DNA from: a virus
IMG/VR virus record: IMGVR_UViG_3300045988_149468
Span: 32,001 to 96,000 of that record
Strand: one strand, 5' to 3'
Length of the DNA stretch: 64,000 nt
Shown here in pieces: positions 29,396-39,472 of the stretch (the first letter of the stretch is position 1; each line of letters begins with the position of its first letter). The notes beneath the pieces are model-generated. The model had not been told where the DNA came from. It was given only the letters and a program-made list of their open reading frames with translations, and did no database searches. The translations under genes were made by a program, and so were the position numbers.

Positions 29396-30658
29396 ATGGA
29401 AAGAGAATATACTTTAATAATACAAAAACAAAAAAGTGTATTAAGTGAAGCATTATCTATTTCTAAAGATGATGATGGTGTTAGTGTTTATTTAAGATTA
29501 TTAGGTTCTCCATTCTTTGATATAAGTAAACATAATTACACATATTCTAAAATATCAATAACAGATAAATATAAAGTAATAAAAGAAAATGCAATAACAC
29601 CTATAGTTGATAATAGGATATTATTTAAAATAAATAATGAATTAACTAATGTTTTAGAAATAGGAGAATATCAACTATATATAAGATTAATTGATGATAG
29701 AGGTCAATATTATACTTTACCACCAATTAAAATGGAATGTATAAAATCAAATGAATTATCAACATTAACATTAGATGAAGGAACGATAGAAAAAGGTAAC
29801 GTTGATAATGTATCTATTCAAAGTTTAGGAGAGGATATTCCATCTTATTTAACTGATGGTAGTTATAATAGAACAATATGGCAAACCAATGATTTGATTA
29901 CTGGAAATAAAATGAATAAAATTGAATCTGTTCTTAATGATGAAGTTGATAATAGTATTCAGTTTGTTCAAGCATTAGAATTATTAAATAAAGAAAAAGG
30001 TTATAACCTTAAAGAAGGAACTTCAGTTAATCCTATTAACATATATAACCTTCCAGTAGGAAATTACATTCTTAATGGATATATAAAAGATTTATCAAAT
30101 AGTACAGTACAAGAAGTTGAAAATGCAAGATATTATGTAGTATATAAAGATGAAGATTGTAGTTATATATTAAGAAATTTATCTACGGATAAAATTCCAA
30201 TTTTATTGAAATACGATTCATACCATAATCAAGTATTAGCAGTCACAGGGCAAGTTAAGATACTTAAAACGGCATCAGATACGTTACAATTAACAAATGA
30301 CGAATTTCAATTTTTAAGCATTGGCGACTTGGTTAAATTGAAATTACCAAAGAATATTGACTTTACTAGAATACATTTATTCATATTACCCACATCAGAT
30401 TTAACCATTACTTTTCCTAAGATTTCATGGGAAAATTACCCATTATTAAACCAAGATATGTTTACCGAAATAACACTAACTTGTTATAATAATGTATGGT
30501 ATGGGAAAGCACATACATTTGAAAAATCAACTACAACAACAACTTATAGTGAGGAAATGACATTTAATGTTAATTCTGTAGGCTGTGATTTAGATTATGA
30601 TGATTATAAAGATATAATTAAAAATACAGTCGGGGAGGAATATATTAAAAATGAATAA
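29396..30658 (+). CDS. baseplate upper protein-like (BppU_N Ig-like N-terminus)
   Basis: N-terminal pattern ...GEYQLYIRLIDDRGQYYTLPPIKMECIKS, typical of BppU_N. Confidence 0.5.
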   Translation: MEREYTLIIQKQKSVLSEALSISKDDDGVSVYLRLLGSPFFDISKHNYTYSKISITDKYKVIKENAITPIVDNRILFKINNELTNVLEIGEYQLYIRLIDDRGQYYTLPPIKMECIKSNELSTLTLDEGTIEKGNVDNVSIQSLGEDIPSYLTDGSYNRTIWQTNDLITGNKMNKIESVLNDEVDNSIQFVQALELLNKEKGYNLKEGTSVNPINIYNLPVGNYILNGYIKDLSNSTVQEVENARYYVVYKDEDCSYILRNLSTDKIPILLKYDSYHNQVLAVTGQVKILKTASDTLQLTNDEFQFLSIGDLVKLKLPKNIDFTRIHLFILPTSDLTITFPKISWENYPLLNQDMFTEITLTCYNNVWYGKAHTFEKSTTTTTYSEEMTFNVNSVGCDLDYDDYKDIIKNTVGEEYIKNE

Positions 30659-31502
30659 TTGTAAAAAATATATGGGTTTAATAACTGAATCAATACAATC
30701 GTATATAGATAAAGCCTTAGAAAAATTTGACCTTTCAATAAAAAAGATTAAAGACAATGTTCCTGCTGATGTTGATTTTAATACTACTAGTAGAAAAATA
30801 CAACTTATGTCCAAGGATGGTGTAAGACTAGGTGAAGGTGTTGTATTGCCATCTACTGATTGGGGTGGCAATATAGACACAGCTAAATTTGCTAGAACAG
30901 AAGATGTTCCCACTAAAATGTCACAATTAACAAACGATAATAATTATGTTACTGAAAGTGATTTAGTTGATAAAGGATATCTTACGTCACATCAAGACAT
31001 TAGCGGTAAAGTTGACAAAGTAGAGGGAAAACAATTAACCACTAATGATTATGATGATACTGAAAGAAACAAACTTAAAAATCTATATGACAATCAATTA
31101 GCTGATACAATTATGATAAATGGAAAACTTTATTTAGTAAAAAAAGACGGTGCAATTATTGGTGAGGGTACAACTATATATAATAATACTACTGATGAAT
31201 TAACTGACTATGCTAAAAAAAATGAAGTTGCAAATGATTTATTTTTAAATTCTTCAACAAATAGATTACAACTTATAGATACTACTGGTAAAAAAATTGG
31301 CAATGGTATATTATTACCAATTAACAGTGGTACTGTCGATGGAAGTTTGGCAACTATTTATAAAAATAGCCTTCCGACTGCAACAAACGATGATGATGGC
31401 AAAATAGCGATAAAGAGAGTTGCTGGAAAAGATGATACAGTTCACATATGTATTAGACAATCTAATGGAACAAGTGCTTGGAAGAAAATAATGTTAGAAT
31501 AA
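30651..31502 (+). CDS. tail fibre protein with repeated x-L-x-L-x-x-x-D-G-x-x-I-G-x-G motif
   Basis: Repeats IQLMSKDGVRLGEGVVLPS, LYLVKKDGAIIGEGTTIYN and LQLIDTTGKKIGNGILLPI. The same motif occurs in 42797-45229. Confidence 0.5.
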   Translation: MNNCKKYMGLITESIQSYIDKALEKFDLSIKKIKDNVPADVDFNTTSRKIQLMSKDGVRLGEGVVLPSTDWGGNIDTAKFARTEDVPTKMSQLTNDNNYVTESDLVDKGYLTSHQDISGKVDKVEGKQLTTNDYDDTERNKLKNLYDNQLADTIMINGKLYLVKKDGAIIGEGTTIYNNTTDELTDYAKKNEVANDLFLNSSTNRLQLIDTTGKKIGNGILLPINSGTVDGSLATIYKNSLPTATNDDDGKIAIKRVAGKDDTVHICIRQSNGTSAWKKIMLE

Positions 31503-31580
31503 TTTTTTTTAAATAATACAAGAGTGGTTATTAACTTAACTACTCTTTTTATATAAAAAATAAAGGAGGGATGAAAATTC

Positions 31581-32972
31581 ATGTATGGTAAATTTATAAA
31601 TGACGAATTAATTGAAGCACCAAATACATATAAAACGCCAATGGGTGAATTAATAACTAATTTCACTAATTCTGTTGAATTAATGAAAGCTTATGGATTT
31701 AAAGAAATCACAGGAAATCAACCGAATTATGATCCTAACTATGAAGTATTAATAATTACATCTCATATAGAGCATGAAGACACAATAGAATGTGTTTATG
31801 AAAAAGTTTCAATGGCATCGTTACTTAAAACTAATATATCACATGATAAAAAAATAGATTATACTAGAGGTGAAATATTAGAAGCTAGAAAAAGTACTAA
31901 ATTAGTAAATGGTGAAACCACAACTAAAGAGTATTCTTCTTTAAAAGAAAGATTAGATAATATGGAAACTTTTGTTTATGAAAGAGTAGATATATCTAAT
32001 ACTACCCCAAATATAAATATAGAAAATAAAAAAATGTATATTTGCAATGAAAGTATAACCAATATATCGTTGATAACACCTGCTAATGTTGATGTCAACT
32101 TTTCATCTAAATTGTATTTTTCTTCAGATTCGGATTTAACATTGGATAATGTATTATTTATGGGTGACCATTGTGAAAATGGAAAATTAAATATTAAAGA
32201 AAATAACGAATATATTGTTGATTTTGTATATGCTACAAGATTCATAGGATTAGTTTCATCTTCAAATGTAATTGATGGTGATCCACCACAACCAAGCGAC
32301 CCTGGTGAAGATGTTGAAAATAAATTGCACTCATTTAGTGGTGGTGCTGAATTGGTTAGAATAGCTAAAACATATTGGGAAAATAGAGCAAATTATATGA
32401 CTTATGGTATGCAAAACATTTTAACTGATGGTGCTACATTAGGCTGGACAAAAGTTACAACTAAGGGTGCTGATAGCCCAGATGGTAGATATAGAAAATT
32501 AGACTGCTCTGCTTTTGTTGGTTTGGCAATGAGAGGAATAGAATTTAGAGATGTATTTAAAGATAGTAATACATTTGCTAAGAAAGATTTATCTCCTCGA
32601 AATTCTAAATATCCATGGGCAACTCAATTAAGCAGAACATCAGCTAATATGTGCAAGGATTGTGAAAACTTAGGTTGGGCAGTTCCACCAGATAATTGGC
32701 ATACTGATTCAGCTAAAACTAATTGGTTGGGATTAGAGGTTGGAGATTTAATATTCCTTAAAGGTGATTCTGATAATGGCAGATACAAAGCTGTAAATCA
32801 TGTATGCATTTATTATGGGGATAATAGTAAAGGAGAAAAATGTATAATTGAGTTTACAGGTGGTGCAACAGTTAAAAAACATTCCGATGGTAAAAATTAT
32901 GGATGTCAAATAATACCATTAGCAAGAAAAAATAGAGCAAACATAGTAACTGTTGCTAGATGTCAAAAATAG
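31581..32972 (+). CDS. structural protein with C-terminal NlpC/P60-like (C40) peptidase domain
   Basis: RKLDCSAFVGLAMRG (Cys) and VNHVCIYYGDN (His); SD AAAGGAGGG. Confidence 0.6.
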   Translation: MYGKFINDELIEAPNTYKTPMGELITNFTNSVELMKAYGFKEITGNQPNYDPNYEVLIITSHIEHEDTIECVYEKVSMASLLKTNISHDKKIDYTRGEILEARKSTKLVNGETTTKEYSSLKERLDNMETFVYERVDISNTTPNINIENKKMYICNESITNISLITPANVDVNFSSKLYFSSDSDLTLDNVLFMGDHCENGKLNIKENNEYIVDFVYATRFIGLVSSSNVIDGDPPQPSDPGEDVENKLHSFSGGAELVRIAKTYWENRANYMTYGMQNILTDGATLGWTKVTTKGADSPDGRYRKLDCSAFVGLAMRGIEFRDVFKDSNTFAKKDLSPRNSKYPWATQLSRTSANMCKDCENLGWAVPPDNWHTDSAKTNWLGLEVGDLIFLKGDSDNGRYKAVNHVCIYYGDNSKGEKCIIEFTGGATVKKHSDGKNYGCQIIPLARKNRANIVTVARCQK

Positions 32973-32986
32973 TTAGAGGTGATTAT

Positions 32987-33358
32987 ATGGTGATTTTAAA
33001 TAAAGGGAAATATAATAAAAATCAATGGAATGAACCAATTGATTTAACCAAAGAAAAAATGGATAAAATTGAAAATGCTTTAAGTTATACTATAGATATG
33101 GATGTAAAATATAAAAAAATAACAAATGACATTTTTAATTTATCAACCGACAAATATCAATATTTAACAATAGATAAAGACTTAACTATTAATTTGCCGA
33201 TATTAGATTATGATATGATAACACATTTATTTCTAAATTGCGAACAAGAACTTAAAATCAAATTTATTTCTAGCGGAGATGAACGAGCTGTTTATCTCCC
33301 TATTAATTTATATGATATAGAACTGATATACATCGGTGAATGGATAGTTAAAATTTAG
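32987..33358 (+). CDS. hypothetical tail protein
   Basis: ATG 32987 follows AGAGGTG; the track start 32960 overlaps the previous gene. Confidence 0.45.
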   Translation: MVILNKGKYNKNQWNEPIDLTKEKMDKIENALSYTIDMDVKYKKITNDIFNLSTDKYQYLTIDKDLTINLPILDYDMITHLFLNCEQELKIKFISSGDERAVYLPINLYDIELIYIGEWIVKI

Positions 33359-33369
33359 GAGGTGATATT

Positions 33370-36300
33370 TTGAGTAAAATACATATGTTAAATGGTAACA
33401 ATTCTAATTCTTTTACAGGCATTCCTTCACTACCTAATAATTTAGTTTTACAAACTATCACACAAGCTAAAGTAAATGAATGGAATAAAAAAATCGGAGA
33501 AAAAGAATTAAATTCTGCATTAGATTCTATCAATAATAAAATATCATCTATTAATAGAGATATACAAACATTAAATAGTGCAGATGAAGTTCATACTGCT
33601 GATATTAAAACTTTAAAAGCTAAATTAAATGAGTTAAATTTAGCTTTAGGAGATATAATTGATACCACATTTGAAAATAATAAGTATTTAAGTAATATAG
33701 CACAAAACATAGGTAAAATAAATGAATTTATCAATAGTGGATACACAGATGCTATAATAAATTTAAATAAGAGACTGGATGGCAAAGCTGATAGTTACAT
33801 TCAATCGACTCCACCACACCCAGAATACAGAAATGTAGCAGATAATAACAACTATAATGTATGGGTTGGAGATTTATGGAGAAATCCTAAAGAAAATAAA
33901 GATTATAAATATGTAAAAATTGAAATTAATCCTAATGCTTATAGTTATTACTGGGAAGAACAAACTGGTGCTATACCAGATGGATTATTTGACATGATAG
34001 ATGGAAAATCAAGTATATATTTTTCTAAACCTTCATCTTATAATGCTAGAGATTGTTGGATATTAGAGAGCGATGATGTACATCCACCTAACAAAATGGG
34101 TACTTTGTTATTCGCTAATGCAACTAGAAAAATGTATGTTGCTAGTGACTGGATTGATTTAATGCAATATGTCACTAAAAACGATTATGAGAATTATATT
34201 AAAAAGATAAATGACTTCATTAATAAAACATATAATAATGAAATTAAAAATCTTAATGATAAAATAGATGGAAAAGCTGATAGTTTTGTACAAGAAACAC
34301 CTCCACATCCCGAATATTTTGGAATAGAAGAAAAAACACAATATGACGGTTGGATAGGAGATTTATGGAGAAAGTCATCTACAGGAGCAGATTATAGATA
34401 TCTACGAAGACAACTTTCTAATGGTAATTATGATTACTACTGGGAGTTACAAACTACTTCAATACCAGATGATCTATTTGATAAAATAGATGGAAAAGCA
34501 TCAATTTATTTCACAAAACCAACATCTTATTCTAAACGAGATTGTTGGATTCTTGAAAACGATAGTGTTCATTACCCAAATAAAAAAGGAACAATTCTTT
34601 TTGCAAATAGATCAAATACAGTATATAATCCAGATGATTGGGTAGATTTATTATCTTATGTGACAGATGATGATTATGATGTTATAAAATCTAAACTTGA
34701 AAATTTTATTAATAATACTTATAACGATGAAATAAAGGATATAAATAATAAAATAGATGGAAAAGCTAATAGTTATGTGCAAGAATATCCACCACATGAT
34801 GAATATTTAAATGTTGAACAAACAAGCGAATATGACGGTTGGTTGGGTGATATTTGGAGAAAAATTTCAAGTGGTGAAGACTTTAAATATGTTAGAATTA
34901 AAAATGTAGATGGAACATACAGTTATCGCTGGGAAGCACAATCAGCATCTATACCTGATAGTTTGTTTGATTTGATAGATGGGAAAGCTACTATATTTTT
35001 TAGTAAACCAGACAGTTATTCAGCAAGAGATTGTTGGATATTAGAAAATGATACAGTGCATCCCCCAAATAAAAAGGGAACAATGTTATTCTCTATTAAA
35101 GATAATGACCATTATGATGCTACTGATTGGGTGGATTTAATATCTTATATAACTAGAGGAGAGTATGAGGATTATAAAAAAGAAGTAGAAAATTGGATTA
35201 ATAATACCTATACTGAAGAAATTAAAAATATAAACAGTAAAATTGATAATAAAGCCGATAGTTATGTGCAAGAAGATAAACCTCACCCAGAGTATAATAA
35301 TATAGCTGAAAATACCGAATATAATGGCTGGCTCGGTGATATTTGGAGAAAAATTTCAAGTGGAGCTGACTATAAATATTTAAGAAGTCAAAATAAAGAT
35401 GGTACATTTAATTATTATTGGGAATTACAAACAACAACTATCCCAGATGATATTTTTGATAAAATAGATGGTAAATCTTCAATTTATTTTAGTAAGCCCA
35501 CAAGCTATTCAATACATGACTGCTGGATACTTGAAAATGATAATGTTCACCCACCTCATAAAAAGGGAACTCTTTTATTTGCAAACAAATCAAATAGTGT
35601 ATATGATGCTGACGATTGGATTGATTTAGTTTCTTATGTAACCGAAGATAAGCATAACGAAATTGTTACTAGATTAAATGAATTTATTAATAATACTTAC
35701 ACAGATGAAATTAAAAGAATAAATAGTAAGATTGATAATAAAGCAAATTCTTATGTTCAAGAAGCTAGACCACATGAAGAATATTATAACGTAACACAAA
35801 ATATTACTTATGATGGTTGGTTGGGTGATATTTGGAGAAAAATTTCAAGTGGTGAAGACTTTAAATATGTTCGTGTACAAGGTACTTCATCTAATACTTA
35901 CACATATAGATGGGAAGCTCAATCTATGTCAGTTCCCGATAGTTTATATGACTTAATTGATGGTAAAGCTACAATTTATTTTAGTAGACCAGATAGCTAT
36001 TCGATAAGAGATTGTTGGATTCTTGAATCAGATGAAATACATCCACCTAATAAAAAAGGTGAAATGTTATTTGCAAAGAGTAGTAATACATCTTATAATT
36101 CAGCGGATTGGGTCGATTTATTAAGTTATATAGACAAAAGTCAACATGATGACTTAGTTAATAGAGTTAATACATTTATTAATAATACCTATACCAATGA
36201 TATTAAAGATATAAACAATAAAATAGATAATAAAGCTAATAGTTATGTTCAAGAAAACTCACCTCATGCTCAATACACTACTTCAAGTAAAGTGACAGAG

Positions 36301-38136
36301 TATGAAGGTTGGATAGGCGATATATGGAGAAAACCCTCAACTTCTGAAGATTATAAATATGTTAGAGTAGATAATCCAAATGGAAAATATACTTACAAAT
36401 GGGAATTACAAACTACTAAAATTCCAGATGAATTATATGATAAAATAGATGGTAAGGCTAGTATTTATTTTTCTAAACCGTCTAGTTATTTTGCACATGA
36501 TTGTTGGATATTAGAAAATGACACAGTATATCCACCATATTTGAAAGGGACTTTATTATTCTCTAATTATGATAATACAACATATGATGCTAGTGACTGG
36601 GTGGATTTAGTAAATTATATTAACAAAACAGACTATAATGAAGGAATCAATAATGTAACTAAAAAATATGAAGAATTGTCAGATAGATTTTCATGGCTTG
36701 TTACGAATGGTTCAAGTTCATCAAGCTTAATTATAACAGATAAATTAATACAAGCAATAGCAACAAGCAACATACAACTTTCAGCTAAAAAAATATTAAT
36801 CAACGGTCTTTTAGAAGGAGTAGGCTGGAGAGTTGATGAGGAAGGAAATTTTGTTGTTAATGATTTAAATATTGAAGGTACATTAACTTGTCAAAACTTC
36901 TCAACAGAAAATTTAGTCGGAGCAACTATAGGCAGGGTATTAGATAGTGATCAAGATTACTATGCTAGTTCATCTAACAGTATAACTGATATATTAGATG
37001 ATATACCTTATAACTTAAATGGTTATAAAGTTAATATATATGTTACTGAAAATTTAACGGAAGATATAACATTGAGAAAACATATAAATGGCTCAATTAA
37101 AATATTCATGTGTGGTTATCCATTATATGGTTATATTCATACAATGCACAACAATTCAATATATGAGATTTACGGTGGAAGTAGCGAAAGTGATTCAACT
37201 AAAGCTAAAATAATGCCTTACACTGGTTATGTTCTAAATTCTTATGTTTATACGATTCTATGCTCTTATTCCCCAAATATTTATTTGAAAAATTTAATAA
37301 TTTATGGTGATAAATCAAACACATCAAAAAATGTTGGTGTTGGTGGAACTCAAAAATCTGATATTATAATGAACAATGTATCATTTATAGGTTGTAAGAG
37401 CAACTGTAGAACATATTCATTAACTAGAGTTCATTGTGATGCATCAACAGGTAGAGCTAGTGGCGTAGGTTGGTATGCAGGTACAGGAAGTAGAATAAGT
37501 TTTGGTGCAGGAACTCAAGCTGGTGGTTCTACTGATAACACAGACACAGGTTCTAATGGTCAAGTATTATCTAGTGGTGTGACGTTTAGTTCATCTGCTG
37601 ATAGTGGTAGTAATAATAATACTGGTGGAACTAATAGTACTGTTAAAAGTGTCACTTATTATCCTAAGTACTCCGACAATTATCGTAGTACCCATTATTA
37701 CAGTTGGAGAAAAGATGGCGTTGCAAAACAAGGTAGATGGAGTAAAAATGGTGCAGAAAGTGGCAGTTGTAATGGATACTTCTTTTTTGGAAATCAATTC
37801 TCAGAACTTAAAGGATGTAATATAACCAAAGTTGTAATTACATTATCAAGAAAGTCTGGTGTAGGTAATTCAGCTAGTTGTAATCATCCTATTTATTATC
37901 ATACTTACAGTGGTAGACCAAGTTCTAACCCTTCAATGCAAAGTTGTAATGCAAGTGTCAATATGGCATGGGGAGAAACAGATTCAGCAACAATAACAAA
38001 TTCTAATGTTTTAACTGGTATAGCAAACGGCACAGTTAAAGGGTTCGGTATTAAGTCTACATATGATTCCTCACATTACAGTGGTATTAGTACTTGCAAA
38101 GTTCGAATTTATTATACTGGTGAAATAGAAGATTAG
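33370..38136 (+). CDS. giant tail fibre (1,588 aa) with six tandem repeats of about 165 aa
   Basis: TTG start after AGGAGGTG. The repeats are followed by a non-repetitive C-terminal region with a G/S/N/T-rich linker. Confidence 0.7.
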   Translation: MSKIHMLNGNNSNSFTGIPSLPNNLVLQTITQAKVNEWNKKIGEKELNSALDSINNKISSINRDIQTLNSADEVHTADIKTLKAKLNELNLALGDIIDTTFENNKYLSNIAQNIGKINEFINSGYTDAIINLNKRLDGKADSYIQSTPPHPEYRNVADNNNYNVWVGDLWRNPKENKDYKYVKIEINPNAYSYYWEEQTGAIPDGLFDMIDGKSSIYFSKPSSYNARDCWILESDDVHPPNKMGTLLFANATRKMYVASDWIDLMQYVTKNDYENYIKKINDFINKTYNNEIKNLNDKIDGKADSFVQETPPHPEYFGIEEKTQYDGWIGDLWRKSSTGADYRYLRRQLSNGNYDYYWELQTTSIPDDLFDKIDGKASIYFTKPTSYSKRDCWILENDSVHYPNKKGTILFANRSNTVYNPDDWVDLLSYVTDDDYDVIKSKLENFINNTYNDEIKDINNKIDGKANSYVQEYPPHDEYLNVEQTSEYDGWLGDIWRKISSGEDFKYVRIKNVDGTYSYRWEAQSASIPDSLFDLIDGKATIFFSKPDSYSARDCWILENDTVHPPNKKGTMLFSIKDNDHYDATDWVDLISYITRGEYEDYKKEVENWINNTYTEEIKNINSKIDNKADSYVQEDKPHPEYNNIAENTEYNGWLGDIWRKISSGADYKYLRSQNKDGTFNYYWELQTTTIPDDIFDKIDGKSSIYFSKPTSYSIHDCWILENDNVHPPHKKGTLLFANKSNSVYDADDWIDLVSYVTEDKHNEIVTRLNEFINNTYTDEIKRINSKIDNKANSYVQEARPHEEYYNVTQNITYDGWLGDIWRKISSGEDFKYVRVQGTSSNTYTYRWEAQSMSVPDSLYDLIDGKATIYFSRPDSYSIRDCWILESDEIHPPNKKGEMLFAKSSNTSYNSADWVDLLSYIDKSQHDDLVNRVNTFINNTYTNDIKDINNKIDNKANSYVQENSPHAQYTTSSKVTEYEGWIGDIWRKPSTSEDYKYVRVDNPNGKYTYKWELQTTKIPDELYDKIDGKASIYFSKPSSYFAHDCWILENDTVYPPYLKGTLLFSNYDNTTYDASDWVDLVNYINKTDYNEGINNVTKKYEELSDRFSWLVTNGSSSSSLIITDKLIQAIATSNIQLSAKKILINGLLEGVGWRVDEEGNFVVNDLNIEGTLTCQNFSTENLVGATIGRVLDSDQDYYASSSNSITDILDDIPYNLNGYKVNIYVTENLTEDITLRKHINGSIKIFMCGYPLYGYIHTMHNNSIYEIYGGSSESDSTKAKIMPYTGYVLNSYVYTILCSYSPNIYLKNLIIYGDKSNTSKNVGVGGTQKSDIIMNNVSFIGCKSNCRTYSLTRVHCDASTGRASGVGWYAGTGSRISFGAGTQAGGSTDNTDTGSNGQVLSSGVTFSSSADSGSNNNTGGTNSTVKSVTYYPKYSDNYRSTHYYSWRKDGVAKQGRWSKNGAESGSCNGYFFFGNQFSELKGCNITKVVITLSRKSGVGNSASCNHPIYYHTYSGRPSSNPSMQSCNASVNMAWGETDSATITNSNVLTGIANGTVKGFGIKSTYDSSHYSGISTCKVRIYYTGEIED
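33716..36650 (+). repeat. six tandem in-frame repeats of about 490-495 nt
   Basis: Units start near 33716, 34201, 34693, 35186, 35675 and 36165. Each encodes ...FINNTY..EIK.IN.KIDGKA.SYVQE..PH.EY....YDGW.GDIWRK.S.G.D.KY.R.....Y.Y.WE.Q...IPD.L.D.IDGK..IYFSKP.SY..RDCWILE.D.VHPP.KKGT.LFA...Y...DW.DL.SY. Confidence 0.85.
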
Positions 38137-38150
38137 ATGGTGGTGATAAA

Positions 38151-38459
38151 ATGGGTGAAGAAATAATATTAATCGCAGAAATAACTACAGCGATAATCAC
38201 AATAGGTGGTGTTTTAGGAAGTGTATGGAAATTGTTTAAAAAAATAAATAATTTTCAAGAAACATTAAATTATAATACATTAGAAACATTAAAATTAATT
38301 ATAATTAATAAAAATATACCATTAGATGAAAGAGTATTAGCTGGACAAACATACATCAAACTTAATGGGAATGGTGCAATAAAAAGATTAGTTTTAGAAC
38401 TTGAAGAGCAATTAGCAAATCAATATGTTGGTGAAAATGATGAAGATCCTTATGAATAA
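38151..38459 (+). CDS. small membrane-anchored protein
   Basis: N-terminal hydrophobic helix IILIAEITTAIITIGGVLGSVW. Confidence 0.45.
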   Translation: MGEEIILIAEITTAIITIGGVLGSVWKLFKKINNFQETLNYNTLETLKLIIINKNIPLDERVLAGQTYIKLNGNGAIKRLVLELEEQLANQYVGENDEDPYE

Positions 38460-38743
38460 TGGAGGTGGTTATATTGACAACTAAAAAAGTAAAAGGTAAG
38501 GTGGTATTAACAACAGTACCTAATCAAGAAATATTAGACGATGATAATGATATAACAACAGTAGTTGTATTAAATAATGTAACAATACAAAACATGAGTG
38601 AAATAGATGTTCATGTCAGAGTTAATCAAGGTGATGAAATATTAATACAAACAGATGAACAAATAAAAATAGTTGGTACTGGTGTTGATTCTATTATAGT
38701 AAAAGAAAAAAATAGCAAAGTTAGATATATAGGATTAAGTTAA
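38459..38743 (+). CDS. hypothetical protein
   Basis: 94 codons with ATGA overlap. A TTG at 38474 after GGAGGTGG is an alternative start. Confidence 0.4.
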   Translation: MEVVILTTKKVKGKVVLTTVPNQEILDDDNDITTVVVLNNVTIQNMSEIDVHVRVNQGDEILIQTDEQIKIVGTGVDSIIVKEKNSKVRYIGLS

Positions 38744-38749
38744 TTATAA

Positions 38750-38790
38750 AATAAGTTAATGTATGAATTGTGCATTAACTTATTTTATTA
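38750..38790 (+). terminator. rho-independent terminator
   Basis: Stem ATAAGTTAATG/CATTAACTTAT followed by TTTATT. Confidence 0.55.
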
Positions 38791-38852
38791 AAAAATATAT
38801 AATCAATAAAATGGAAACTTAACAATACCATATGCATTAGGAGGTGTTTGGT

Positions 38853-39134
38853 GTGAGTAATAACAATGAAGTTTGGATTAAAAAGAAAAAACATAGTACT
38901 AGAAAATGGGTAATACCTCTAGTTATTGGATCAATATTTATATTTACAGCAATAGCAATATGGTTACAATATGCTACTAGCACAGAGTTATCTTCAACTT
39001 TAATAACTTGTTTTTATGGATTTTGTGGTGGTGAATTATGGTTATTAGCCTCTATTACAAAAACTAAAACAAAAAGTAACAATAGCGATGAAGAAGAAAA
39101 TAATAATAATGATGATTTAGAAGGAGAGGGATAA
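38853..39134 (+). CDS. holin-like membrane protein (two TM segments, acidic tail)
   Basis: GTG 38853 lies 8 nt after AGGAGG. TM segments WVIPLVIGSIFIFTAIAIWL and LITCFYGFCGGELWLLASI. It is upstream of the lysins. Confidence 0.5.
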   Translation: MSNNNEVWIKKKKHSTRKWVIPLVIGSIFIFTAIAIWLQYATSTELSSTLITCFYGFCGGELWLLASITKTKTKSNNSDEEENNNNDDLEGEG

Positions 39135-39136
39135 AA

Positions 39137-39472
39137 ATGGATATTGAAACTATTTTAATATTAATTGTTTTATTATTGGTTTTAATATTTTCAGTATATC
39201 AATTTGTAAAATTAGGCAAAGTAAAACAAATAGAAAATATAAAACAATGGTTAATATATGCTTGTCTTGAAGCTGAAAAAATATTAGGTAGTAAAACAGG
39301 GCAAGTGAAACTTAGATATGTATATGATTTATTTATAAGTAAATTTAAATTTGTATCTTATTTTATATCGTTTGAATTATTTAGTAAATGGGTAGACGAT
39401 TCATTAATAGAAATGAAAGATATGATAAATAACAATGATTCAATTAGAAAAATAGTAGAAGGTGATAAATAA
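39137..39472 (+). CDS. LL-H-type holin-like protein
   Basis: A single N-terminal TM segment (ILILIVLLLVLIFSVYQFV) followed by LEAEKILGSKTGQVKLRYVYD, as in the phage holin LL-H family. This is from memory. Confidence 0.55.
   Translation: MDIETILILIVLLLVLIFSVYQFVKLGKVKQIENIKQWLIYACLEAEKILGSKTGQVKLRYVYDLFISKFKFVSYFISFELFSKWVDDSLIEMKDMINNNDSIRKIVEGDK

Noticed and set aside
37604-37825. 73-aa plus-strand ORF in an alternative frame of the giant fibre gene, and its antisense partner 37591-37797.
   Set aside because: It sits within the G/S/N/T-rich linker, where all frames are open by chance. There are no start signals.
843-38000. Minus-strand ORFs of 60-170 aa nested inside large plus-strand genes (for example 843-1055, 1617-1817, 3812-4024, 10418-10747, 11790-12296, 19142-19648, 24212-24583, 30590-30913, 35222-35407).
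   Set aside because: They lie antisense to strongly supported genes. They have Leu/Ile/Phe/Ser-rich low-complexity composition, as expected from reading AT-rich coding sequence backwards. None has an SD.
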